Source: Dictyostelium discoideum
Lineage: Eukaryota
Direction: 5' to 3'
Assembly (NCBI GenBank): GCA_000004695.1
Contig: CM000150.2
Location: 1 to 64,000 of the forward strand
Length of the DNA stretch: 64,000 nt
The translations under genes and the position numbers were made by a program. Numbering within the stretch: the first letter of the stretch is position 1; each line of letters opens with the position of its first letter. This document shows, in pieces, positions 46,105 to 56,811 of this stretch. The notes beneath the pieces were generated by a model. The model saw nothing but the letters and a program-made list of their open reading frames with translations. It made no database searches and was not told the origin of the DNA.

Positions 46105-49100
46105 TTATGAAATTTGGACGACAGTATTTAAGAAACCACCAGATTTTTCACCAATGATTCTTTTATCGTAGAAGGTATCTACAGTATCATTTGATTTCCA
46201 ACGACCCATCTTCTTAACAACGTGGAACGGAACGTTATTGGACAACAGCAGAGAAGCCATAGCGGAACGGGTAGAGTGAGATTTGAACTTGACAATATCA
46301 ATACCTGACTTTGAGAGTGTTGATAGTACAATTGAGTTAATATCATTAACTTGGAGCGGTTCACCCTCATTCTTAATAAAGACAGAGTCACCCGAATGGG
46401 GCTTTCTTCTTCCTTTAGAGGCTCTAAGGTATGTTGCAAGGTGGCGAACAGGGCATACTTGAGAGTTTGTATCATCTAACGATGTTAATTCTAATATTGA
46501 AACAACACCACTTCTTTGTTCTTTAGCATTAATAACTGGACCTTTAATTGAGTCAGTAGTAATAATGAGACCTTTGAACGACCACTTCACCAAGTCTGAT
46601 GATCTTGCTAAACCAAACATTTTACAGAGTACAAGTGTCTTGTTTAATAGCGCAGTGTATGTGTACTTAGGGATAACTTTGATAGTAGATAAGTGCTTGA
46701 ATACTTGATTTGCATCCCATATCTCTTTATACTTTGCAGATGAAGGACGCAACTTGTGAATACCAGTCATAATTCTTGTGATGAATGGATCATTAACAAT
46801 ATCAGTTTGATTCCTGAGGAGTAACAACTGATTCAACATAGAGCGATGACCGTTAATTGTTGAGAAGGCTAACGGAGGTTTGTGTTTGAATAGATGTGTA
46901 AGATAATCCATGAAAACAACTAAGGTAATGTTTGCTGGATTCAAAGAGTTCAAAGTACAGAAATTGCGGAATCTTGTATAACTGGAGCTATATACTTTGA
47001 GAGTTGAAGGTTCCCAAGACTTCATTAACAGCTCAGCTGTTTTTGTATTTGCTGTACGAGCGAAGGACATTACATGAGATTGGAAAGTTGAATAATCCCC
47101 AGTTTCCAACGTTGTTGAATCTGGATTGGTATCGACTCTACTGATTGTTTGGTCAATACTTCTTGGAATGTTCCCAGTACTTGAGGGAACATGTGACGAT
47201 GATGACGAGGAACTTGTGCTTGAATCATCGGATACCAAGTTGCTGATCTCCAGATTGGGAAGATCAGTATTATAGAAACCTTCTTCGAACTGGATGAGTT
47301 CATCTTCTCCAGGATAGAAGGCAAAAGAATGGGTGGTGGGAAGGCCAGACATTGCTTCCATTGACTCCAGTCGAGGTGGAGTGCATTCATTCTGATTGTT
47401 GAGTAGTTGTTCGTTTGATGGTTCAGGTGAGATGCGAACAGATCCATCTGTATTTGACCGAATTGAAGTTGGATGCGATTGAACACTTCTTTCTTCAGTT
47501 GCCAGTTGTAACTCTTGATTACTCTGGTGGATGATTTGTGATTCATCTCTGAAAGACGGCTGAGGTGGTCGGCTTTTACATTGAAGAATCCTGGAATATG
47601 CTCTCCAATCAAGTTCACTTTCTTTTTGAGGCATTGTTTCCAAAGTTGTTCGAACAGAACTGAGAGATCTTGTATTTGACCACCCTGGCGATTGATGTAA
47701 GAGAGAGTAGTAGTGTTGTCGGTTTGAATCTTCAGCTTGCAGTTGTTTAGTTTCCGACATAGCGCTTGATAGGCCATAAGCAGCGCGAGCATTTCTCGAC
47801 GATTTGACGACATGTTTGATTGAGTTGTTGACCACTGGAATGACCAAGTTTTGATTACCTTGTTTCCTTTCTTGAGTGTGGCACCTGCACCTGATTCCGA
47901 GGCATCGGTTGTAAGAACATAGTCGTAACTTGGAAACAGACTGATTTCTTTTCCATTCCATTGGTTTAGAACTGTTAACCAATGCGAAATCTCTGACTTG
48001 ACCTCTTGGGGAATGGGGAATGATTGATCCCAATCTCCTTTGGCTATAGTCAGACACTGAGAGTGAAACTTGTTTGTTCGACGAGTGTAAAGTCTGAATG
48101 GGATGACTGCATCTTTCAGTGCGATTAACTTTCCTTTTAAACCAGCAAGCTTTCTTGGGGAGCAACAATCTAGTTTTAAAAAGTTTCTTATTTCTTTGAT
48201 GACACTTTTCTTCTTTTCTTTGGGAACAAGAAGCTTCATTGATACCGAATCGATTTGTAATCCGAGAAACGTAATTGATTGAGTTGGTTCGAGAACACTC
48301 TTTTCTAGATTTAACTTGAAGCCTAGTTTGACAAGTAAGTCCATTGTCTTTTTGAGGTTGGATAAACATTCTTCTTTTGTTGAACCGACGATTAATAGAT
48401 CGTCCAAGTAAGCGATGACGGATACGTTGATATCTCTCAACATTCGAAGTACAGGTCTTAACAGCATTGTAAATATACGAGGAGCTGTCGATAACCCGAA
48501 CGGCATTGTTTTCCAACGGTAGTGCGAACCTTTCCACACGAAGCGGAATAAGTCTCTGTATTGTGGATCTACTAACACGTGGAGGTAGGCTTTCTTGATA
48601 TCGAGTTTTACCATGTAATAACCTTGTTTGACCATTGACGGTAGATTCTTGATTCCTTCCATCTTGAATGATTGGTTGTTGATGTAAGTGTTTAACCTTT
48701 TTAGATCGAGAACTGGACGATGTAGATTCGTTCCAGGTTTTGGAACCGTAAACACGTTGGAGTAAAAAACGCGCTTTGAATAACGGTTTGGAAGTACTTG
48801 TTCGATAGCATCGTCTAATAACAAGTCTTGTACTTCCTTTGTGATGCAATCTGATTTCGGACCCTCTGGAATTGAAATCGGAATTGGGTTTAGCATCGGC
48901 TTGAAATTTGGAAGCAGATGGACTTTTAATCCATTTACGACCTCTTGACAAAAGTTTGGAAGACCCAATTCTTTCCAAACTTGTTTGTGGTGGAACAGAC
49001 GTCCACCTACTGGTAAGTTTACTTCTTGTTCTTCTGAAAACGGTTGTTGGTACCGTTTGCAGACTTGGTATTGTTGCTACCTGATGCAACACTACTTGGT

Positions 49101-49182
49101 GATCCATTGAAGTTGTTAGATCGGCCATTACTCCCACTACTGGATTTACTATTACTACTGTTTCCTGTAGTGTTATTACCAC
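46105..49182 (-). CDS. DIRS-1 recombinase-containing ORF (1025 aa), copy J
   Basis: Full length with a C-terminal ...GRWKSNDTVDTFY. Confidence 0.8.
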   Translation of the reverse strand: MVITLQETVVIVNPVVGVMADLTTSMDHQVVLHQVATIPSLQTVPTTVFRRTRSKLTSRWTSVPPQTSLERIGSSKLLSRGRKWIKSPSASKFQADAKPNSDFNSRGSEIRLHHKGSTRLVIRRCYRTSTSKPLFKARFLLQRVYGSKTWNESTSSSSRSKKVKHLHQQPIIQDGRNQESTVNGQTRLLHGKTRYQESLPPRVSRSTIQRLIPLRVERFALPLENNAVRVIDSSSYIYNAVKTCTSNVERYQRIRHRLLGRSINRRFNKRRMFIQPQKDNGLTCQTRLQVKSRKECSRTNSINYVSRITNRFGINEASCSQRKEEKCHQRNKKLFKTRLLLPKKACWFKRKVNRTERCSHPIQTLHSSNKQVSLSVSDYSQRRLGSIIPHSPRGQVRDFALVNSSKPMEWKRNQSVSKLRLCSYNRCLGIRCRCHTQERKQGNQNLVIPVVNNSIKHVVKSSRNARAAYGLSSAMSETKQLQAEDSNRQHYYSLLHQSPGWSNTRSLSSVRTTLETMPQKESELDWRAYSRILQCKSRPPQPSFRDESQIIHQSNQELQLATEERSVQSHPTSIRSNTDGSVRISPEPSNEQLLNNQNECTPPRLESMEAMSGLPTTHSFAFYPGEDELIQFEEGFYNTDLPNLEISNLVSDDSSTSSSSSSSHVPSSTGNIPRSIDQTISRVDTNPDSTTLETGDYSTFQSHVMSFARTANTKTAELLMKSWEPSTLKVYSSSYTRFRNFCTLNSLNPANITLVVFMDYLTHLFKHKPPLAFSTINGHRSMLNQLLLLRNQTDIVNDPFITRIMTGIHKLRPSSAKYKEIWDANQVFKHLSTIKVIPKYTYTALLNKTLVLCKMFGLARSSDLVKWSFKGLIITTDSIKGPVINAKEQRSGVVSILELTSLDDTNSQVCPVRHLATYLRASKGRRKPHSGDSVFIKNEGEPLQVNDINSIVLSTLSKSGIDIVKFKSHSTRSAMASLLLSNNVPFHVVKKMGRWKSNDTVDTFYDKRIIGEKSGGFLNTVVQIS
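47070..48968 (-). CDS. DIRS-1 RT/RNase H/MT ORF (632 aa), copy J
   Basis: Carries YLDDLLIVG and TDASESGAGA. Confidence 0.85.
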   Translation of the reverse strand: MGLPNFCQEVVNGLKVHLLPNFKPMLNPIPISIPEGPKSDCITKEVQDLLLDDAIEQVLPNRYSKRVFYSNVFTVPKPGTNLHRPVLDLKRLNTYINNQSFKMEGIKNLPSMVKQGYYMVKLDIKKAYLHVLVDPQYRDLFRFVWKGSHYRWKTMPFGLSTAPRIFTMLLRPVLRMLRDINVSVIAYLDDLLIVGSTKEECLSNLKKTMDLLVKLGFKLNLEKSVLEPTQSITFLGLQIDSVSMKLLVPKEKKKSVIKEIRNFLKLDCCSPRKLAGLKGKLIALKDAVIPFRLYTRRTNKFHSQCLTIAKGDWDQSFPIPQEVKSEISHWLTVLNQWNGKEISLFPSYDYVLTTDASESGAGATLKKGNKVIKTWSFQWSTTQSNMSSNRREMLALLMAYQALCRKLNNCKLKIQTDNTTTLSYINRQGGQIQDLSVLFEQLWKQCLKKKVNLIGEHIPGFFNVKADHLSRLSEMNHKSSTRVIKSYNWQLKKEVFNRIQLQFGQIQMDLFASHLNHQTNNYSTIRMNALHLDWSQWKQCLAFPPPILLPSILEKMNSSSSKKVSIILIFPIWRSATWYPMIQAQVPRHHRHMFPQVLGTFQEVLTKQSVESIPIQIQQRWKLGIIQLSNLM

Positions 49183-50026
49183 TTGAGTTAACTAATTTCT
49201 TGACATTGGACTTGGAATGATAATTCAATTTTAACAATGATTGTTTAGCTTCGTTGTTCTTTCTGATTGACTTGGCTAGCTTTCTTACACGTTCAGTTTC
49301 AGTTTCATCAAACATCTTTGGTGTATCCTTGATCTTAATTGGTAAGAGTACTTCAGAACCATAGATTTCTTTAGCGATGTTGTTACGACGGACACGACTA
49401 AGCGATGCTTGAGCATTAACGGCTAAAACGATTGCACTCTGAGTTAAGTAACTAATAAGTTCTACATCGACATTAGAGCTATCAGATGATAACATACTTG
49501 ACATGAGAAGCAAAGGTTTTAAGCTATCGTTGATTCGCTTTTCAACAATCAACAAGTCAGTATCATTGTTCTTGACGTTGGATGATACAGTAATACCTTC
49601 AGGTGTACCGAATGGAGCGACATTCACTTGGAAGTTAGATGGAAAGTTGAATACTTTATTCAATTCGGATATTTCATCTTTCTTGAGGATACATTCTTCT
49701 TCGACGAGTAAACCTTGATTGTTAACCATATGTTTGTACTGACCAAGTAAGGTATCGGATAATTGATAATCGGTTGGAACATCGACATTGTTACTTGATT
49801 CATCTTCACTTTGTTCATTCTCGGTGTCAGAGTCATCATGAGAAGGTTGGCTACGTGAATTGGTATTAGATGAGAACATAGGTTCTTTCATGAATCTTGT
49901 AAAGGCTAAGGAAAGGTTGTTGATTTGATCCTCCATTGATTTCATTCTTAAATCAAAGGATTCAGCGCTATTAGAGACAGAGGTACTACTACTAGAGGCA
50001 TCATTATTATTAACAGTGGTAGACAT
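49019..50026 (-). CDS. DIRS-1 ORF1 Gag-like (335 aa), copy J
   Basis: Full length. Confidence 0.8.
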   Translation of the reverse strand: MSTTVNNNDASSSSTSVSNSAESFDLRMKSMEDQINNLSLAFTRFMKEPMFSSNTNSRSQPSHDDSDTENEQSEDESSNNVDVPTDYQLSDTLLGQYKHMVNNQGLLVEEECILKKDEISELNKVFNFPSNFQVNVAPFGTPEGITVSSNVKNNDTDLLIVEKRINDSLKPLLLMSSMLSSDSSNVDVELISYLTQSAIVLAVNAQASLSRVRRNNIAKEIYGSEVLLPIKIKDTPKMFDETETERVRKLAKSIRKNNEAKQSLLKLNYHSKSNVKKLVNSSGNNTTGNSSNSKSSSGSNGRSNNFNGSPSSVASGSNNTKSANGTNNRFQKNKK

Positions 50027-50486
50027 ATTTTATTGTTGATATCTAAAATTATAATATGAGAAAAATAATAATATTAAAAATTAATAAAGAGAAATAATTA
50101 TTTGTATAAAATTTGTGTGTGTGTGTATCTTAAATATATATAGGAGGAATTCCCAAATAAAATAAATCAAATTGTTTTAGTTTTTTGTGCCACTATTTAT
50201 ACGTTTTTATTTTCTTAAAAATTTCGCAAAACTCAAAAAAATAAGAGTTTTCGACCCTTCACAACTTTGTGCATAGTGTCGGTTCGGAATTTTTCAGTTT
50301 TTCGACCTTACACAATGATCGCGTCATTGTGCCGGTTCGAAATTTTTACTTTTCTTTCGAAAATTTTTTTTTATTCTTCGAATGTTCTAGAACATTCTAA
50401 AAAATTATCTTAAATATTTGGGAAATTCAAATAAATAAATGTTATTCATAATATATATATATATATGATAATATAAATAATCGCAA

Positions 50487-51585
50487 TACTTTTCTCAAGT
50501 TCTTGAACTATCGCATCATAATCAATGGTAGAAGTCATGATTTTTTACCTCATTTATTTAAGTGGTTGTATGAACCCACAGGGTTATAGTCCTCATAAAC
50601 AGGAAGTAGTAGACCAGGTGCATTAGGCATTATTATTAATACACGCTGACCACGCACATAAGGTTGGTTGTTAACATATTTAAAATCAGTTGCCACATAG
50701 CCTTTTGGAATTTCCATGTTAAACTAATCCTCTTAATAGGTGACCGATGGCGGGGTTGACCGTCAGACTTCTACAACACCCAACCACGTAATATCGGAAG
50801 TGCTTCTGTCATTGTTCTTTTATTTTTAGATGCTACGCGGTTGATTGTGGTTTACTTACACCAAAGTGTAAGCGTCGGTTATTTGCTGGCATACTTTCAG
50901 ACACGTCCCAAGTCTCCAATTCACCGCCTTCCGCTATTAAGGGTGCCTAATGACGGACATTCATCTCAAAATAAAACCAGGAGGGGTAAAACCATCCTAT
51001 ATACTAATCTTACGGACGTGGTGATATCGAATACCACATTCTGTAATTTAGATCATGATCGGTGTTATTTATTTAATGTTTTGGCTATTGCTATAACCGA
51101 CCAAGCTACTGTGTTTCCACAGAAATGACTCGAACCATCGACCCACAGCGTGTATATAGTGAGCTGGTGGTTTAACCTCCCAAGGGCGGTGTTCGACTAT
51201 TCGTCAAACGATGACAAGCTTTTTAATTTAATTAAACTACCACACCATCTACAATTTCGATTTTGGTAGAAGAGTTAGATTCAGTTAACGCGTAATCAAT
51301 GTTGGCTTCGAAATCCAGAATCTCTTTTTCCTACTGCTTGATTACTTTGCTGATCTCCAGCGGATACAGCACGCCTGGCTGATAACGTTCGATAACTGGA
51401 TTAACGAACGCAGCAATGGAAGCTTCATCGGCTTTCTTAGTACCGTTGAATGCTTCGGTGCGCGCGATATTTTCACGCTGGTCAAAATTGGAGTTACCGT
51501 TGTGACGAGATATCGATTCGTAGTTCGCTTTCAAAGCTTTGACAATATCGCGTTTCTCACCTAATGCATTATGTGCATGTGCAGC
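50487..51585 (-). other. Higher-G+C island I4: bacterial or phage-like operon fragment
   Basis: The minus strand has a small ORF (MEIPKGYVATDFKYVNNQPYVRGQRVL...NHLNK*) whose stop overlaps the next start in a taaATGa arrangement, preceded by gaggtaaaaaatcATG (Shine-Dalgarno-like). That next gene (MTSTIDYDAIVQELEK...) is cut by the DIRS ITR. A further ORF lies at 51331..51534. Confidence 0.45.
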
Positions 51586-51987
51586 AAAGAAAAATCCACA
51601 TTTAAAGCAAATTTAAAGCAAAGTTGATTTAAATTGGATTTAAATTGAATTTAAAGCCGGGTTTAAAAAATTCATTTTCAAGGTAATTTTTAAGATAATT
51701 TTAAGATATTTAAAAATGCTTTAAAATTTATTTTAAAATAATTTTAAAGAGGATTTAAAGTTGATTTAAAGTAGATTTAAAGTGAATTAAAATTTCCTTT
51801 AAATATAAATTTAAGGTTTTTAATAAAAAACATCTAATTTTAGATCAAAAAAATGGGGATAAAATATTCTATCATTTTTAAATTATCATCAAAGCAATCA
51901 AATGGTGAAATGGTTGATGAGACTACCCTTTGATTGATGAGACTACCCTTTTGGTAAATTTTCAAAAAATTTAAAAATTTAATTTAT
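51586..51987. mobile_element. MITE fragment (one arm plus a partly deleted tRNA-like core)
   Basis: gtgCAGCAAAGAAAAATCCACATTTAAAGCAAATTTAAAGC...tgatgagactaccctttgat|tgatgagactacccttttggtaa. Confidence 0.65.
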
Positions 51988-52424
51988 TAAATTATATTTT
52001 ATATTAAATATATATATATATATATTATGAATAACATTTATTTATTTGAATTTCCCAAATATTTAAGATAATTTTTTAGAATGTTCTAGAACATTCGAAG
52101 AATAAAAAATTTTCGAAAGAAAAGTAAAAATTTCGAACCGGCACAATGACGCGATCATTGCGACAGGTCGAAAAACTGAAAAATTCCGAACCGACACTAT
52201 GCACAAAGTTGTGAAGGGTCGAAAATACTTATTTTTTTTGAGTTTTGCGAAATTTTTAAGAAAAGAAAAACTTATAAATAGGGCACTAAAAACTAAAACA
52301 ATTTGATTTATGGAATTCCGACTAAGGGCGGGTGGGATGGGACTAATATATATATATATTTAATATAAAATATAATTTAATAAATTAAATTTTTAATTTA
52401 TATTATCATATATATATATATATA

Positions 52425-55400
52425 TTATGAAATTTGGACGACAGTATTTAAGAAACCACCAGATTTTTCACCAATGATTCTCTTATCGTAGAAGGTATCT
52501 ACAGTATCGTTTGATTTCCAACGACCCATCTTCTTGACAACGTGGAACGGAACGTTATTGGACAACAGCAGAGAAGCCATAGCGGAACGGGTAGAGTGAG
52601 ATTTGAACTTGGAAATATCAATACCTGACTTTGAGAGTGTTGATAGTACAATTGAGTTAATATCATTAACTTGGAGTGATTCACCTTCATTCTTAATAAA
52701 GACAGAGTCACCCGAATGGGGCTTTCTTCTTCCTTTAGAGGCTCTAAGGTATGTTGCAAGGTGGCGAACAGGGCATACTTGAGAGTTAGTATCATCTAAA
52801 GATGTTAATTCTAAGATTGAAACAACACCACTTCTTTGTTCTTTAGCATTAATAACTGGACCTTTAATTGAGTCAGGAGTAATAATGAGACCTTTGAACG
52901 ACCACTTCACCAAGTCTGATGATCTTGCTAAACCAAACATTTTACAGAGTACAAGTGTCTTGTTTAATAGCGCAGTGTATGTGTACTTAGGGATAACTTT
53001 GATAGTAGATAAGTGCTTGAATACTTGATTTGCATCCCATATCTCTTTATACTTTGCTGATGAAGGACGCAACTTGTGAATACCAGTCATAATTCTTGTA
53101 ATGAATGGATCATTAACAATATCAGTTTGATTCCTAAGGAGTAATAACTGATTCAACATAGATCGATGACCGTTAATTGTTGAGAAGGCTAACGGAGGTT
53201 TGTGCTTGAACAGATGTGTAAGATAATCCATGAAAACAACTAAGGTAATGTTTGCTGGATTCAAAGAGTTCAAAGTACAGAAATTGCGGAATCTTGTATA
53301 ACTGGAGCTATATACTTTGAGAGTTGAAGGTTCCCAAGACTTCATTAACAGCTCAGCTGTTTTTGTATTTGTTGTACGAGCGAAGGACATTACATGAGAT
53401 TGGAAAGTTGAATAATCCCCAGTTTCCAACGTTGTTGAATCTGGATTGGTATCGACTCTACTGATTGTTTGGTCAATACTTCTTGGAATGTTCCCAGTAC
53501 TTGAGGAAACATGTGACGATGATGACGAGGAACTTGTGCTTGAATCATCGGATACCAAGTTGCTGATCTCCAGATTGGGAAGATCAGTATTATAGAAACC
53601 TTCTTCGAACTGGATGAGTTCATCTTCTCCAGGATAGAAGGCAAAAGAATGGGTGGTGGGAAGGCCAGACATTGCTTCTATTGACTCCAATCGAGGTGGA
53701 GTGCATTCATTCTGATTGTTGAGTAGTTGTTCGTTTGATGGTTGAGGTGAGATGCGAACAGATCCATCTGTATTTGACCGAATTGAAGTTGGATGCGATT
53801 GAACACTTCTTTCTTCAGTTGCCAGTTGTGACTCTTGATTACTCTGGTCGATGATTTGTGATTCATCTCTGAAAGACGACTGAGGTGGTCGGCTTTTACA
53901 TTGAAGAATCCTGGAATATGCTCTCCAATTAAGTTCACTTTCTTCTTGAGGCATTGTTTCCAAAGTTGTTCGAACAGAACTGAGAGATCTTGTATCTGAC
54001 CACCCTGGCGATTGATATAAGAGAGAGTGGTAGTGTTGTCGGTTTGAATCTTCAGCTTGCAGTTGTTCAGTTTCTGACATAGCGCTTGATAGGCCATTAG
54101 CAGTGCGAGCATTTCTCGACGATTTGACGACATGTTTGATTGAGTTGTTGACCACTGGAATGACCAAGTTTTGATTACCTTGTTTCCTTTCTTGAGAGTG
54201 GCACCTGCACCTGATTCCGAGGCATCGGTTGTAAGAACATAGTCGTAACTTGGAAACAGACTGATTTCTTTTCCATTCCATTGGTTTAGAACTGTTAACC
54301 AATGTGAAATCTCTGACTTGACATCTTGAGGAATGGGGAATGATTGATCCCAATCTCCATTGGCTAGAGTCAGACACTGAGAGTGAAACTTGTTTGTTCG
54401 ACGAGTGTAAAGTCTGAATGGGATGACTGCATCTTTCAGTGCGATTAGCTTTCCTTTTAAACCAGCAAGCTTTCTTGGGGAGCAAAAATCTAGTATTAAA
54501 AAGTTTCTTATTTCCTTGATGACACTTTTCTTCTTTTCTTTGGGAACAAGAAGCTTCATTGATACCGAATCGATTTGTAATCCGAGAAACGTAATTGATT
54601 GAGTTGGTTCGAGAACACTCTTTTCTAAGTTTAACTTGAAACCTAGTTTGACAAGTAAGTCCATTGTCTTTTTGAGGTTGGATAAACATTCTTCTTTTGT
54701 TGAACCGACGATTAATAGATCGTCCAAGTAAGCGATGACGGATACGTTGATATCTCTCAACATTCGAAGTACAGGTCTTAACAACATTGTAAAGATACGA
54801 GGAGCTGTCGATAACCCGAACGGCATTGTTTTCCAACGGTAGTGCGAACCTTTCCACACGAAGCGGAATAAGTCTCTGTATTGCGGATCTACTAATACGT
54901 GGAGGTAGGCTTTCTTGATATCGAGTTTTACCATGTAATAACCTTGTTTGACCATTGATGGTAGATTCTTGATTCCTTCCATCTTGAATGATTGGTTGTT
55001 GATGTAAGTGTTTAACCTTTTTAGATCGAGAACTGGACGATGTAGATTCGTTCCAGGTTTTGGAACCGTAAACACGTTGGAGTAAAAAACGCGCTTTGAA
55101 TAACGGTTTGGAAGAACTTGTTCGATAGCATCGTCTGATAACAAGTCTTGTACTTCCTTTGTGATGCAATCTGGACCCTCTGGAATTGAAATCGGAATTG
55201 GGTTTAGCATCGGCTTGAAATTTGGAAGTAGATGGACTTTTAATCCATTTACGACCTCTTGACAAAAGTTTGGAAGACCCAATTCTTTCCAAACTTGTTT
55301 GTGGTGGAACAGACGTCCACCTACTGGTAAGTTTACTTCTTGTTCTTCTGAAAACGGTTGTTGGTACCGTTGGCAGACTTGGTATTGTTGCTACCTGATG

Positions 55401-55520
55401 CAACACTACTTGGTGATCCATTGAAGTTGTTAGATCGGCCATTACTCCCACTACTGGATTTACTATTACTACTGTTTCCTGTAGTGTTAATACCACTTGA
55501 GTTAACTGATTTCTTGACAT
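52425..55520 (-). CDS. DIRS-1 recombinase-containing ORF (1031 aa as called), copy K
   Basis: C-terminal HSTRS...GRWKSNDTVDTFY is present. Confidence 0.7.
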   Translation of the reverse strand: MSRNQLTQVVLTLQETVVIVNPVVGVMADLTTSMDHQVVLHQVATIPSLPTVPTTVFRRTRSKLTSRWTSVPPQTSLERIGSSKLLSRGRKWIKSPSTSKFQADAKPNSDFNSRGSRLHHKGSTRLVIRRCYRTSSSKPLFKARFLLQRVYGSKTWNESTSSSSRSKKVKHLHQQPIIQDGRNQESTINGQTRLLHGKTRYQESLPPRISRSAIQRLIPLRVERFALPLENNAVRVIDSSSYLYNVVKTCTSNVERYQRIRHRLLGRSINRRFNKRRMFIQPQKDNGLTCQTRFQVKLRKECSRTNSINYVSRITNRFGINEASCSQRKEEKCHQGNKKLFNTRFLLPKKACWFKRKANRTERCSHPIQTLHSSNKQVSLSVSDSSQWRLGSIIPHSSRCQVRDFTLVNSSKPMEWKRNQSVSKLRLCSYNRCLGIRCRCHSQERKQGNQNLVIPVVNNSIKHVVKSSRNARTANGLSSAMSETEQLQAEDSNRQHYHSLLYQSPGWSDTRSLSSVRTTLETMPQEESELNWRAYSRILQCKSRPPQSSFRDESQIIDQSNQESQLATEERSVQSHPTSIRSNTDGSVRISPQPSNEQLLNNQNECTPPRLESIEAMSGLPTTHSFAFYPGEDELIQFEEGFYNTDLPNLEISNLVSDDSSTSSSSSSSHVSSSTGNIPRSIDQTISRVDTNPDSTTLETGDYSTFQSHVMSFARTTNTKTAELLMKSWEPSTLKVYSSSYTRFRNFCTLNSLNPANITLVVFMDYLTHLFKHKPPLAFSTINGHRSMLNQLLLLRNQTDIVNDPFITRIMTGIHKLRPSSAKYKEIWDANQVFKHLSTIKVIPKYTYTALLNKTLVLCKMFGLARSSDLVKWSFKGLIITPDSIKGPVINAKEQRSGVVSILELTSLDDTNSQVCPVRHLATYLRASKGRRKPHSGDSVFIKNEGESLQVNDINSIVLSTLSKSGIDISKFKSHSTRSAMASLLLSNNVPFHVVKKMGRWKSNDTVDTFYDKRIIGEKSGGFLNTVVQIS

Positions 55521-56811
55521 TGGGCTTGGAATGATAATTCAATTTTAACAATGATTGTTTTGCTTCGTTGTTCTTTCTGATTGACTTGGCTAGCTTTCTT
55601 ACACGTTCAGTTTCAGTTTCATCAAACATCTTTGGTGTATCCTTGATCTTAATTGGTAAGAGTACTTCAGAACCATAGATTTCTTTAGCGATGTTGTTAC
55701 GACGGACACGACTAAGCGATGCTTGAGCATTAACGGCTAAGACGATTGCACTCTGAGTTAAGTAACTAATAAGTTCTACATCGACATTAGAGCTATCAGA
55801 TGATAACATACTTGACATGAGAAGCAAAGGTTTCAAGCTATCGTTGATTCGCTTTTCGACAATCAACAAGTCAGTATCATTGTTCTTGACGTTGGATGAT
55901 ACAGTAATACCTTCAGGTGTACCGAATGGAGCGACATTCACTTGGAAGTTAGATGGAAAGTTGAATACTTTATTCAATTCGGATATCTCATCTTTCTTGA
56001 GGATACATTCTTCTTCGACAAGTAAACCTTGATTGTTTACCATATGTTTGTACTGACCAAGTAAGGTATCGGATAATTGATAATCGGTTGGAACATCAAC
56101 ATTGTTACTTGATTCATCTTCACTTTGTTCATTCTCGGTGTCAGAGTTATCATGAGAAGGTTGGCTACGTGAGTTGGCACGATTAAGCGATGCTTGAGCA
56201 TTAACGGCTAAGACGATTGCACTCTGAGTTAAGTAACTAATAAGTTCTACATCGACATTAGAGCTATCAGATGATAACATACTTGACATGAGAAGCAAAG
56301 GTTTCAAGCTATCGTTGATTCGCTTTTCGACAATCAACAAGTCAGTATCATTGTTCTTGACGTTGGATGATACAGTAATACCTTCAGGTGTACCGAATGG
56401 AGCGACATTCACTTGGAAGTTAGATGGAAAGTTGAATACTTTATTCAATTCGGATATCTCATCTTTCTTGAGGATACATTCTTCTTCGACAAGTAAACCT
56501 TGATTGTTTACCATATGTTTGTACTGACCAAGTAAGGTATCGGATAATTGATAATCGGTTGGAACATCAACATTGTTACTTGATTCATCTTCACTTTGTT
56601 CATTCTCGGTGTCAGAGTTATCATGAGAAGGTTGGCTACGTGAGTTGGTATTAGAAGAGAACATAGGTTCTTTCATGAATCTTGTAAAGGCTAAGGAAAG
56701 GTTGTTGATTTGATCCTCCATTGATTTCATTCTTAAATCAAAGGATTCAGCGCTTTTAGAGGCAGAGGTACTACTACTAGAGGTATCATTATTATTAACA
56801 GTGGTAGACAT
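55333..56811 (-). CDS. DIRS-1 ORF1 with internal in-frame duplication (492 aa)
   Basis: ...AQASLNR|ANSRSQPSHDNSDTENEQ... repeats the block NSRSQPSHD...AQASL. Confidence 0.7.
   Translation of the reverse strand: MSTTVNNNDTSSSSTSASKSAESFDLRMKSMEDQINNLSLAFTRFMKEPMFSSNTNSRSQPSHDNSDTENEQSEDESSNNVDVPTDYQLSDTLLGQYKHMVNNQGLLVEEECILKKDEISELNKVFNFPSNFQVNVAPFGTPEGITVSSNVKNNDTDLLIVEKRINDSLKPLLLMSSMLSSDSSNVDVELISYLTQSAIVLAVNAQASLNRANSRSQPSHDNSDTENEQSEDESSNNVDVPTDYQLSDTLLGQYKHMVNNQGLLVEEECILKKDEISELNKVFNFPSNFQVNVAPFGTPEGITVSSNVKNNDTDLLIVEKRINDSLKPLLLMSSMLSSDSSNVDVELISYLTQSAIVLAVNAQASLSRVRRNNIAKEIYGSEVLLPIKIKDTPKMFDETETERVRKLAKSIRKNNEAKQSLLKLNYHSKPNVKKSVNSSGINTTGNSSNSKSSSGSNGRSNNFNGSPSSVASGSNNTKSANGTNNRFQKNKK

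Larger units (their letters stand above)
45650..50486 (-). mobile_element. DIRS-1 copy J: full length, minus orientation, all three ORFs intact
   Basis: Right ITR (reverse complement) 45650-46104; ORFs 46105..49182 (1025 aa), 47070..48968 (632 aa) and 49019..50026 (335 aa); left ITR (reverse complement) 50027-50486. Confidence 0.9.

Noticed and set aside
51080-51180. Possible tRNA in island I4 (gactcgaacc / ggttcgagtc motif)
   Set aside because: The T-stem cannot be paired and there is no acceptor or anticodon arm. Probably a chance match.
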